DNA from: Candidatus Bathyarchaeota archaeon
Lineage (GTDB): Archaea > Thermoproteota > Bathyarchaeia > Bathyarchaeales > Bathycorpusculaceae
Length of the DNA stretch: 64,000 bases
Reading direction: 5' to 3'
NCBI GenBank assembly: GCA_963782525.1
Contig: CAWAKC010000004.1
Location: 1-64,000 of the forward strand
The notes beneath the pieces were generated by a model. The model was not told the origin of the DNA and did not search any database. It saw nothing but the letters and a program-made list of their open reading frames with translations. Below are positions 19,384 through 29,300 of the stretch, piece after piece; the stretch's first letter is position 1, and each line of letters opens with the position of its first letter. Position numbers and translations under genes: made by a program.

Positions 19384-20737
19384 TTCTGACATAGAAATCA
19401 ATCTAGAGCTAATCGACAATGCGAGTAGTCAGTTAGCGGAAGCCTCATCAAACATTTCCAGCAGCCTTGATATGGTTTCAGATTCGAGTAATCAGTTAGC
19501 TTCTGCAGCTGAATCGACCGTGCCGCCTTTATCGGAGAGCGAGCAGGCTCAGATGCAATTGGCTTCTGCAGCAGTAGAGTTGAAGGATGCACAGGCAACG
19601 TTGGCATCAGCCACTGAGAACCTAAACGCCGCTATTAGGAAGAATGGATCTGATAGCGAAGAGGCGGCTGTGGCGCTTCGGGATTTTACAACTGCCCAGG
19701 AGAACGTTAAGGATAGCCAAAGTGAGCTTAATTCAATTACCAAGCAGAGTTCAGGTTCTCTAAAGGGATTTGCTCTTGGTGCTTCTGGAGCTGCCACTGC
19801 AGGCTTTAGCCTGTATAACAGTTTTGACCGGATTGAAAAAGCGGAGCTTGCGGTTGATCGGGCTAATTTGCAGGTGCGCACTTCCACTAAGGGGGTTGAG
19901 GATGCCCAGCGAAACCTCAATGAAGCTGTTGTTGAGCATGGCGCGAATAGTGCTGAAGCTAAAGCCGCGTCAGAGCAGCTAAGCATTGCCCAGGAGCGCT
20001 TAGAAGTTGCGAATGAGCGGGCTAAGCAGTCGCAGGACAACGTCAATCAAGCAATGATGGCAAGTGCAATACAGATTATTCCTTCCGCCATCACTATGGT
20101 TGATAGTTTGGGTAGGGCTTGGAAGAATTTCCCCGACATGACAGGCGTTCTAAAAACTCTTGGTACCAATGTTTCTGATGTTGGCAGCAAGGCGACACTT
20201 GCCGCTATTGGGGTTGGTTCTTTTGTCGGGGGCTTCACATTGGGCTACACTGTGATTAAGCAGTTTGGTGATGCTCTTGGTCCCGTCGGCAGGGCTTTGA
20301 TGGTTGTTGTTCCCGCGATTATTGCGGCTGCCGCAGCGGTTTGGATGCTCCAAGAAGGTCTCACGCTTGGCGTCGCCACGGTCGCATTGGTGGCTGCGGG
20401 TGTTGCTGTTGGCGCTATGGTTGCGAACCTTGAGAGTTATGGCAATGTCGCTGGTTTAGCCTCAGGCGGCGTGGTTGATCATCCGATGCTGGCGTTGATC
20501 GGTGAAGGCGGCGAGAAAGAGATCGTTATGCCCCTTAGCCAGTATGAGGCACAGCGGGCGACAGACAAAGAATTTTCCCGAAGCGGTCCTGTCTTGCAGC
20601 CTCAGCCAAACGTTATCTATGTCACGCTTACGCAGCAGTTCTACGGTGATATAAACAGCCCCGAATACGTCGATATGGCAGCGGAAAAAACCATCAATCA
20701 ACTGGATGAAAAGCTAAGACATAGCAGGAGCGGCTAG
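19376..20737 (+). CDS. Tape measure protein (short, 453 aa)
   Basis: Ala-rich coiled coils, hydrophobic segments, C-terminal LASGGVV...LIGEGGEKEIVMPL motif. Confidence 0.85.
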   Translation: MANSDIEINLELIDNASSQLAEASSNISSSLDMVSDSSNQLASAAESTVPPLSESEQAQMQLASAAVELKDAQATLASATENLNAAIRKNGSDSEEAAVALRDFTTAQENVKDSQSELNSITKQSSGSLKGFALGASGAATAGFSLYNSFDRIEKAELAVDRANLQVRTSTKGVEDAQRNLNEAVVEHGANSAEAKAASEQLSIAQERLEVANERAKQSQDNVNQAMMASAIQIIPSAITMVDSLGRAWKNFPDMTGVLKTLGTNVSDVGSKATLAAIGVGSFVGGFTLGYTVIKQFGDALGPVGRALMVVVPAIIAAAAAVWMLQEGLTLGVATVALVAAGVAVGAMVANLESYGNVAGLASGGVVDHPMLALIGEGGEKEIVMPLSQYEAQRATDKEFSRSGPVLQPQPNVIYVTLTQQFYGDINSPEYVDMAAEKTINQLDEKLRHSRSG

Positions 20738-20738
20738 C

Positions 20739-21278
20739 ATGTCCGAAATTACCATTCTTGACAACCTCAACAAAGAGATCGATGAATCTGACAGTCTCTG
20801 GCCTTCAGATGACGGCAACACCGGGCTTGGCGTCCAATTTCGACTTTTCACTGCAGCCGTAGTCAGCAGGATTAAAGTTAGATTGGGACGCGAGGGCTGG
20901 AACGGTTACAACGGACCAACAGGACATATCGTTGCTAGACTCTACGGCAGCCACACGGGCACTTTCCGAGACGCAAACGACTATGCCGAAGGGCTCATCA
21001 GTGAAAGCAACAATAGCCTTGATTGCGAAGATATCTCAAGCAATTGGGAGGGCAGTGTTTGCGAGTTTGAATTTTCCAATGTTTCGCTGCCTGCAGGCGT
21101 CTATTTCCTTTGCCTATGGTCAAATGACATGATTATAGAAGACCATGGAACTTCTGAGCAGATGGGTGTTATCCGCTGGCTTGCGACTGAGTCAGCCGTC
21201 TCAACTGTTGGTCCATGGACTTTTTGGTATCCCAATGCTGAAGGAGGCGCCAGGTGGGGCAGCGCCATGGAGGATTAA
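20739..21278 (+). CDS. Tail-associated beta-sandwich protein
   Basis: GVQF...SLPAGVYFLCL jelly-roll-like pattern; in frame with the next ORF across one TAA. Confidence 0.55.
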   Translation: MSEITILDNLNKEIDESDSLWPSDDGNTGLGVQFRLFTAAVVSRIKVRLGREGWNGYNGPTGHIVARLYGSHTGTFRDANDYAEGLISESNNSLDCEDISSNWEGSVCEFEFSNVSLPAGVYFLCLWSNDMIIEDHGTSEQMGVIRWLATESAVSTVGPWTFWYPNAEGGARWGSAMED

Positions 21279-21281
21279 ACG

Positions 21282-21713
21282 ATGGTGTATGGGTATCTCT
21301 TTGCAATCTATGGCACCATGACTGAACCATCGGAATGGAGGATCAACGATATATCGTTGCCATTTGGTCCCGAAGGGCTCCAACGTCAAGGTGGCTGTAA
21401 CAAAGAAGTTATGAGTCAAACCAAGGATGACCCTGTCCAAGTGGTTGATAGCAGAAAAGGCGAAGTGCTCACTTTTACCGGTACCATCTCAGACCCAACC
21501 ATAACCGACGCTCAATTATGGACAGATGTGCTTGCGCCAATCAAAGATCTAGAGGGCACCGAAATTGTCCTAACTTGCCCAATTCTTGCACTTTGCAATA
21601 ATTACCTGCTGGAGTCTTTTGAGTTTCGCAGAGACACATCGGCGCCCCTCTACAAGTACACTTTGAAAATCAGCCGGGCAAGCCTCAACATCATAATGCA
21701 GGAGTACGACTAA
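21282..21713 (+). CDS. Distal tail (Dit-like) protein
   Basis: Size and position after TMP; beta-rich. Confidence 0.5.
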   Translation: MVYGYLFAIYGTMTEPSEWRINDISLPFGPEGLQRQGGCNKEVMSQTKDDPVQVVDSRKGEVLTFTGTISDPTITDAQLWTDVLAPIKDLEGTEIVLTCPILALCNNYLLESFEFRRDTSAPLYKYTLKISRASLNIIMQEYD

Positions 21714-21716
21714 AAC

Positions 21717-23381
21717 ATGGCTGCTCAAGAGCTTAGCGGCTGGCTTATCTTCTACTATGACCCCCAAGGGGAAAGTGGCGGAATCTTTGAGCACATAGAA
21801 ATGGATCAACTGCAAGACGAGCTAAACAGTGAACTTGGACCGGTCGCATCATTTAAGCTGCCAAACACCGAAAACAACCGATCTTTATGCAAGGATCGCC
21901 TGCTCTACGTTGAGATTTTCTACAATCAGAGGTTTCAGTTTGCCGGGGTGTTGCTTGCGGGGGAAGCAAACGGCTCAAGGGGGCAGTGGATTAAAGCATT
22001 CTGTCATGATGCTGTACTTACAGCGCTCGATGAAGCCGAACCCATCACAGGCGTCTATGATGAAGTGCCAGCTAACCAAGTTCTCGCCGAAGCCATCGAG
22101 GGAGTCGAAAATCTGTTTGGCGAAATCAGCATCGATGACTGCCCAACCACTCCGGTTACGTTTGTTGCGTATAAGGCAAACCGCTTAGATGTTGCTAAAT
22201 TTCTCGCTGACGTGACGGGGCTTGAATTGTTCTCAGTTGGCTCAACTAGAATAAGCGTTGGTTCAAGAGGGAACGATTCTTACTATCCTAACCCTAATAC
22301 GGTTACAGTAAGCAACCATGGCTTTGACAAGACAAAGCAAGCTAGCAAAGTTATCATAAGGGGCATCGACACGTTTGGGCGCCACTTAACAGGCGAGGCA
22401 CAAGTCCCTTGGTGGGTGGATCGTGTTCGCGTGCGCACCTTTAACGAGGATACTCCGACAGATCAAGGCGGCTTAGAGTTGTTGGCCTCAAAAAAACTTA
22501 TGGAGCTAAACAGCGGCTATACGGGGGCTCCCATTAAAATGGCGATGGCTGATGCCTACCAGTATAGGGCAGGCGACTATTTGGGCATCTACAAGCCAAG
22601 ATATTTCTTATATGGCGATCAGTCGCGCATCATTAGCTTAACCAAGAGCAGAACCCAAGCCTCAATCCAATTAGACAAGATCGCTGCATCGGTCACTAAA
22701 TCAATTGATGAGCTGCGTAGCTGGGAGAAAAAAGGCATCTACCTCCCTGGTTGCACAAGTTGGAGTATTAACCTTCAGGACCTTGTTGGATTCTATCATT
22801 TAAACGAGGGCTCTGGAGTTGTCGCAAGGGATTCGAGCCCAAGAGTGGACCCACAAGATGGAAACATCGTTAACTGTGCTTGGCAGCAAAACCAGTACCT
22901 CAAATTCCTCACTTTCAACGGCGGATCTTCCTACGTCGATATCGGAGATTCAATCACCTTTGCGGCCTCTGGCAAATTTAGCGTTGGCGGTTGGATAAGC
23001 CCCTCTATACAAGACGCTTCAAGTCGCAATATGATCCACAAGGACGGTCAATTTACCTTAAAAGTAATAAACGGAACCGTCATTCTCATAGTCTACGATT
23101 CAGGCGGCACTCCTCACACCTTCACGACTGCGTCAATTGTAACGCTGGGCGGTCGCAACTTTATCATGGCAACATACGACGGAGCAACTTTTCGCATTTA
23201 TCGGAACACCAAAGTTGTCCTCGAACAAAACATCAGCATGTCAATTCACTCCTCAACTAACAAAGTCTACATTGGCATGGGTTTTCAGGGTGCCCTGGGC
23301 GAAGTGATGCTTTGGCAACGATGCCTATATGATCAGGAGGTGGTGGAGCTTTACTTTTTTCCCCTTGTCAGAACTGTATAG
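21717..23381 (+). CDS. Baseplate hub/tail tip protein with C-terminal LamG (ConA-like) domain
   Basis: LVGFYHLNEGSG...FNGGSSYV...FSVGGWI...ATYDG...FQGALGEV LamG_3 pattern. Confidence 0.8.
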   Translation: MAAQELSGWLIFYYDPQGESGGIFEHIEMDQLQDELNSELGPVASFKLPNTENNRSLCKDRLLYVEIFYNQRFQFAGVLLAGEANGSRGQWIKAFCHDAVLTALDEAEPITGVYDEVPANQVLAEAIEGVENLFGEISIDDCPTTPVTFVAYKANRLDVAKFLADVTGLELFSVGSTRISVGSRGNDSYYPNPNTVTVSNHGFDKTKQASKVIIRGIDTFGRHLTGEAQVPWWVDRVRVRTFNEDTPTDQGGLELLASKKLMELNSGYTGAPIKMAMADAYQYRAGDYLGIYKPRYFLYGDQSRIISLTKSRTQASIQLDKIAASVTKSIDELRSWEKKGIYLPGCTSWSINLQDLVGFYHLNEGSGVVARDSSPRVDPQDGNIVNCAWQQNQYLKFLTFNGGSSYVDIGDSITFAASGKFSVGGWISPSIQDASSRNMIHKDGQFTLKVINGTVILIVYDSGGTPHTFTTASIVTLGGRNFIMATYDGATFRIYRNTKVVLEQNISMSIHSSTNKVYIGMGFQGALGEVMLWQRCLYDQEVVELYFFPLVRTV

Positions 23382-23625
23382 CTGGGTTGAAGTAGAAGTC
23401 GCAAACGCAACCCGCTACTTCCCCTACACACTACCCGCACCTAATGCAACTCGACATGTTCAATATCCACCACAATGGAACCCGCTGGCAATACGTCACC
23501 TACAGTACCCAACTATTGCACCATGCGCAAAAAGGCATACTTCTTACAACCAAGTGGCCTCTTACAATCCAAACGATAGTCTGATTTTCGATGTGAATCC
23601 ATTCAACAGGGAGATATTCCAGTAA
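23365..23625 (+). CDS. Small tail protein with internal ~13-aa repeats
   Basis: NATRYFPY, PNATRHVQY, PLAIRHLQY, PCAKRHTSY; probable TTG start at 23365. Confidence 0.5.
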   Translation: MSELYSWVEVEVANATRYFPYTLPAPNATRHVQYPPQWNPLAIRHLQYPTIAPCAKRHTSYNQVASYNPNDSLIFDVNPFNREIFQ

Positions 23626-23626
23626 A

Positions 23627-24712
23627 ATGCCCATAACACACCATACCCAAGCGGTAACACCTGGAAAGATCCCCTGGCAATCCTACAACGAGAACCACGA
23701 TTATAGCAACCTTGACGCTACAACGCTTGGTGGATCTACAAAATCTCAGATAATCGATGAAGCCCAGGAGGGTATGGGCAGCGGAGAACCAGGCGAAACA
23801 ACCATCATTAACAAACCTGCTGACGCTCAGTTTTTCAAAGGCATGATTCTTCTGTGGTCGGGCAAAATAGGCGATATCCCCGACGGATGGCACCTATGCG
23901 ACGGCACAGATGGCACTCCGGATTTAACGGATCGATTCATCAAAGGTGCCTCAAGCGACTCTAACATCGGCAATACAGGCGGAAAAACAACCCTTCAGCA
24001 CAGCGAATTAGATATCGACGTCGATATTGCCGATCATCCAAACCACACTCACACCTATAGCGACGTCATAGAGCACACTCACCCGATAACTGACCCAGGG
24101 CACACCCACAATCAAGGATATAGAAACTCGGGCACTGCAGGCACACTGGGCATTCAAGGTTGTAGTTCAGCTAACAATGCTACAATAAGCAACGGTGTAC
24201 CAAGTAAAACAACAGGCATAACAGTTGACAACCCAGCTGGCGCCCTCGCCCAAGGCGAAACCGACGGCACACCCCTAAATCATGAGGTCAGCATCGATGT
24301 CAACCAACTTAAACCGCACAAAGACGTTGAACCGCCTTACTACAAATTAGCATTCATCATGTACCTTGGAGGTGAACAAGAAATGGGAGCAATTTTCGTA
24401 GAATACAAAATAATCGGAAAATCAGATGCATATTTCTCTCTGGGAAACGACAGTCAAGAAAGAAGCATCGACGAACTAGATGCGTCAAGCACAACAAAAC
24501 ACGGAATGACGTTAGCTAACCCGGGCGATCGAATAGGCTTATACTTCCAGAACAACAACGGAGCTGGAAGCGTGCAGATATTCTATCGTGTACGCGACAT
24601 GGAAGGAAACGAACTCATAGACAACTGGGAAGACATACAGGCTAGCAACAGCAAAAACATCAACCTAATAATCAAAGAGCACGTCGTCATCGAGTTCGGC
24701 TGGAGTGATTAG
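23627..24712 (+). CDS. Tail fibre with collar domain and HxH metal-binding needle
   Basis: GMILLWSG...IPDGWHLCDG...TPDLTDRFI collar; HTH motifs; PPYYKLAFIM. Confidence 0.85.
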   Translation: MPITHHTQAVTPGKIPWQSYNENHDYSNLDATTLGGSTKSQIIDEAQEGMGSGEPGETTIINKPADAQFFKGMILLWSGKIGDIPDGWHLCDGTDGTPDLTDRFIKGASSDSNIGNTGGKTTLQHSELDIDVDIADHPNHTHTYSDVIEHTHPITDPGHTHNQGYRNSGTAGTLGIQGCSSANNATISNGVPSKTTGITVDNPAGALAQGETDGTPLNHEVSIDVNQLKPHKDVEPPYYKLAFIMYLGGEQEMGAIFVEYKIIGKSDAYFSLGNDSQERSIDELDASSTTKHGMTLANPGDRIGLYFQNNNGAGSVQIFYRVRDMEGNELIDNWEDIQASNSKNINLIIKEHVVIEFGWSD

Positions 24713-25529
24713 TATGCCGGTAACTATACAATTTAGCGCAGACGTGCTAGAACCTGACCTCTATAATGATGTTCAGGGGTTGCCCGACCCCTTTGGCATG
24801 GTTGTACTGATAGGAATCAGCAACACCTACAGTGCTGGGCTTTACTTCAGAGTGCGGCTTGTTTCACCGCCCGCCGACTACACAGTCTATCAGGTCAACC
24901 TCGGATTACTAAACGCCGGAAACTCAAGCATCTACTCCCCAATTTTCATCAGAAACATCCCAACATTAAACGCTGGGGAATATGACGAAACAGTAACCTT
25001 GAGGCTTGAAGCTTTCTCAGACGCCGGATACTCAGTTCCATATGGCTCAAAAGACCTCTCCGTTGCAATTCATCACTTTGATCATCTTGACCCAGCATGG
25101 ACAATTATAGAACACGCTGATTTCAACTATGACCTATGCGGCTGGACTCGAAGCGGAGTATATTATTACGAGATAGTCAATGACAATTTCTATTCCTCAC
25201 CGGGAAGTGTAGCTGTAAGTTACAATGGCTATGGATCTTCAAGTTATGGTCCAGGTTACGTTCAAAAAAACATCCCTGTTGGAGCCTATTCTAAAGCCCG
25301 TTTTGTGTGCCACATTTATAGACATGATGCAGCAGACGATGATATAGAAATAAAGTTAGGGTCAATAATCAAGAAAGGTCGAACTTTGCCTTTGCCTAAT
25401 CAAACCTGGTGCCGTTTGTCTTGGAACATGCCAGTTAACGCGACAACGTTGGCGTATTTTTGGTGTAACGGACGTACGTATCTTTATCCTCATTATCATT
25501 TAGATGAAGTTTGGGTCATAGCAAAGTAG
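24705..25529 (+). CDS. Putative tail/adhesin protein
   Basis: Aromatic, beta-rich protein overlapping the fibre gene stop. Confidence 0.55.
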   Translation: MISMPVTIQFSADVLEPDLYNDVQGLPDPFGMVVLIGISNTYSAGLYFRVRLVSPPADYTVYQVNLGLLNAGNSSIYSPIFIRNIPTLNAGEYDETVTLRLEAFSDAGYSVPYGSKDLSVAIHHFDHLDPAWTIIEHADFNYDLCGWTRSGVYYYEIVNDNFYSSPGSVAVSYNGYGSSSYGPGYVQKNIPVGAYSKARFVCHIYRHDAADDDIEIKLGSIIKKGRTLPLPNQTWCRLSWNMPVNATTLAYFWCNGRTYLYPHYHLDEVWVIAK

Positions 25530-25539
25530 TTGTGGAACA

Positions 25540-25857
25540 ATGCCTGAAACTAAAATAATCTCAAATCAAGCGTCCAAATTCAGTAGCGAAATTGAGGATG
25601 CTTTAGCAGACGGATGGATACCTGATGAGTTTTATGGCCCTAACGGTGTAAAAGAAGTCAACAAGCAAATACGACATTACTTCATAAAGTTTAGCGACCT
25701 AGAAAAACAAGATCGTGAGAAGAGAAACGCTCAAGTTTTGTTGGAGCAAAACCCCAACTCAACAGAGGAAAGCTACAAGATTACTGTTGTTTTCGAGGGT
25801 AAAACACTATTTTTTGAAAACTGCAAACCCAAAGACGCAGTTGAAACAAAACCTTAA
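25540..25857 (+). CDS. Viral hypothetical protein
   Basis: Packed ORF at the end of the tail operon. Confidence 0.55.
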   Translation: MPETKIISNQASKFSSEIEDALADGWIPDEFYGPNGVKEVNKQIRHYFIKFSDLEKQDREKRNAQVLLEQNPNSTEESYKITVVFEGKTLFFENCKPKDAVETKP

Positions 25858-26011
25858 GCTCAAAACAAAAATTTTTTAGGTATTGTTGTTCGGCATCTTC
25901 TTTTTTATGGCTAAGCTTTGCTGCTGTTCTCTTTCATAAGGAAACCTGCCCTCACTAATGAACTGAAAGAGGACCTGAATTATTTCCCAACGTTTTTCCT
26001 GTTAATGCTTC

Positions 26012-26221
26012 TTGGAGGTGATTTATTTGGTTGATGAGATAGAGGTATCTGAGAATAAGGAAGCCCTGATCGTTTTGGCTGGCACAGTTGCGGCTGCGGC
26101 TACTACGTTTGTTGCTTCTTTGCCGATTCCGCTGGAGATTAAGGCTCCCGCGACTGCGTTAGCATCCGCTGTGACGGCGGCGATTCTGTTTTACTGGAAA
26201 AACAAAGTCAATAAACCGTAA
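26012..26221 (+). CDS. Small two-TM membrane protein (holin-like)
   Basis: Two hydrophobic helices and a basic C-terminus; GGAGGTGA SD suggests a start slightly downstream; followed by a T-tract. Confidence 0.55.
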   Translation: MEVIYLVDEIEVSENKEALIVLAGTVAAAATTFVASLPIPLEIKAPATALASAVTAAILFYWKNKVNKP

Positions 26222-26390
26222 GCAGCCTCTTTTTTCTTTTTTTGTTTGGGTAAATTTAGCTGTTTTTAGTTCAAAAACGTGTATTATTGAGGGTACGTTG
26301 CTTCTGATTTCTAGGCAGTTATTTTTTTTTTGGGCTTAGCGGTAGCTTGGGCCTTTTCTTCATTTGCTGGTTAACACTCTTTGCAAATAG

Positions 26391-29300
26391 CTACCTTAGA
26401 TTTGCGGTTGGTTGAACCTTCAAAACACTACATGCGTCTTTTTGTGCAATCTCAAAATCCATGCGTTCAGTGATTCTTACTAATACAAGTTGCCTTAATT
26501 TATCGACCGCTTCTATCTCTGGTAAAGTATCGCCTTTGTCGTTTTGCCCAAGCTTCGGATTAGCTTTTATTAACTCTTTTGCTTTCTCGCAGTCAATGAT
26601 CTGAATTTTTATATTTAGTACTTCTGTGTCGCTCTCTTCAACTTTGTATTGGCAGAAGGTCCCAATTTTTTTCAAATCAACTAAGCAAATGGTTTCGTTT
26701 TCAAGCTCATGCACAAAAAATACTGGTAATGCCCCAAGATTGCCCTCGTAACCATGAAGTTTCTCGTAGGTTGAGCCTTTAATTGACCAGTATGGCTGAT
26801 AGAGTGAGGACTTCTGAAACATTCGAATTAGCTTTCGACTGCCTGTTAAAATAGCATTCACATTAATGTTTTTCGTTTCCATTTCCAAATTAACTTCGGC
26901 TATTTTGGCTAACAGTTCTTCCTCAGTAGTGTTGAAATGAGTTCCATTCGAAAGAAATACTGACAAAATCCTTGAGTTCTCTCCTCTTCCCATGGCTTGA
27001 CCAAAATTCTCAATTCCACAAACTATTGCTTGGGGGTTCTTAACAAATTCGTTTTTAGGTACCCAGTTTTGAAGACCAAGAAGCGGAACTTCAGACACCA
27101 CTGATTTTTCAGAATAATTCCCTATTTTCGTAATAAGATATCTTAAACTTGAACTGTTTTGCCAAGCAGCAGTTACTTTGCCTTTAAAGTCAAGGACTTT
27201 TTTATCATCTATTGGTTGTGAAATCAGCTCCTGGGCTTGTATTTGCTTTTGTCTTTCAGCTGTTCTCTCGTGCATTTTTATAAAGTTATGAGCTCGCACA
27301 TTAATCTCATCAGGACTCAATTGCATAATGAGAGTCCACTTGTTAGGGTTTGCTATGATATCCCCGCAGATGTTTTTGACGGTGTTTAAGATGCTTTCTG
27401 AGTCTTTGGTCGGTGATAAGGAGTCGTTTGGTCCAATTTCTTTCGGAGTTAGGATAATCCCTGATATACAAAAAAACCTACCTAACCATTGCTCATTACC
27501 ACTCAAACCAAAGACTATTCCAGGTGGCGTGTCCCTTGTATCCCACCACTTCCAAGAATGCGTAAATGAAGGGTAAAGAGTATCAACGCCAGCATACACG
27601 GTAGAAAGAGCCTGCAAATTTTTGAAATGCGATAAAACAACTTTAAGGAAGTCAGCGGTTTGTGCTTCGTTATATTTATTTTCAAGGTATAATTGGCTAA
27701 TCCAACCGCCTATACCAAACCAGACCTCTAACCGTAAATTTTCCAAATCAAGCTTAAGTTGATTTTTTGCTCTGGCAATTTCTACCTGCTCGTTCAGCTG
27801 TTTTCTTTCTTGAGGGCCTAACGAGCGATTCATTAAGGTTGCTTCTATTTCTTCAGCATACGGTCTGTCCCTTTCTGGCTCATAGTTAGTTAATATCAGG
27901 TCTAAACTATTCTGAACTCTCTTGAAACCTTCAATCGAACATGCATCCAGTGAAGTTTTCAACATCTGTTCAAAGAGCAAAATTAAATCAATTGAATACT
28001 CTTGGTATTTCTCTACTTGCTTCTTAGTCATTTCGGAGTGCGCAAGGTGTAGAAGCTGGGTTGCTGTAAATTCTGAGATAGTGTCGATTACCAATCCAAT
28101 TATGGCGTTCCGATGCGATTTGCTCTCTATGTCCAAAGCAATACTGTATGTGTTCGCCAAAAAATTTTTGAATCTGTTAAAAATCAAGTAATCGTCGTTC
28201 TCATTTGCGAGAGACAGAATATCACGTATGAAATTGACCTCTACTCTAATTATTTCCTTATTTCCTTTTTCGACACTGTTTTCAATGAGTTGGTAGAAGT
28301 CATGTTGTATAATGAAGATTGGTTCCCATTCATGTAAAATCTCTCCCTGTTTTGCCTGCTCTGGGCTATACCTTATTCCATACAATTGGAGTGTACGCAG
28401 GAACTCTTCCAGGGAACGATAATAAAGTTCGAGTGACCGTTCAAGGTCCTTTACGTTCCCGCTGTTTACTGCAATTTGGAGTTGTTGTGCGATGTCATCA
28501 AGGGCTAAATGAAGGTCTTTTCTCAAAGGTTCACTTTTCAGCTTAAAGCAGCTCTTTAGTCGTCTTATTGAGTTATCATTGATTTCTGCTGGTACAGCGC
28601 CTACAATACTATATTGTGGTGAAACTATGTCACCTATCGCCTTCTTGATGTAGATTTTGTTGGGCTTGATTATTGAGGCGATTTTATCTATGGCTATGTC
28701 CGATATCCGTTCTCTTTCATTGACGCTTAATTGAATAAGTTTACGATTTTTCTCTCCCACAGTAAAAAGTTCGAATTTTATGTTTTGGCTCTTCTCGCTG
28801 ACTTTTATAAGAAGATTTGTGGATAAACGTCTATTGAGGTCTGCGTCTATACTATCAACAATCTCTGTCTGCAAAATTCTTGAACGGGTCTTCTCCATTT
28901 CATCACTTTCAAAAAAACTGATTGCCTTAGCGAAAAGAAGGCAAATCGATATGATGCTAAGGATTAGCAAGGTAACGCTCTGGAAGGCCTGAATTGTATT
29001 TATTACGATGCCTACATACACCAACGAAAAAAGATTGAAGAATAAAAGCGGTTGAACGAATGTTTTTTGGTAAAATTCTCTTCTAAATCTAAATTCCAAA
29101 TTTTTGAAATTCGACGTTACACGCGAGAAGAATGCTTCGTAAGAAAAGAATAAAGCTACAAACGATAAACCAACTATTGCTCCGTAGACCTGCCATAATG
29201 TCAAGTAATAGTTATCTTTCCATCCTAAGACAGGAGTTGCCGCGTAAATAGTGCGGTCAATTGGAAAAATAAAATACAAACTCAATAGAAGAAAAACCGC

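Noticed and set aside
18389-25529. Contractile injection system or gene transfer agent
   Set aside because: No sheath or baseplate wedge genes; capsid, terminase, integrase and tRNA att indicate a temperate virus.
20739-25857. Diversity-generating retroelement or invertible cassette acting on tail fibres
   Set aside because: No reverse transcriptase or invertase, and no TR/VR-like near-duplicate seen by eye.
26222-26390. Internal att site separating the provirus from a second integrative element (26.4-39.1 kb)
   Set aside because: No tRNA-Lys fragment found; only T-rich terminator-like tracts. A tandem element is not fully excluded.
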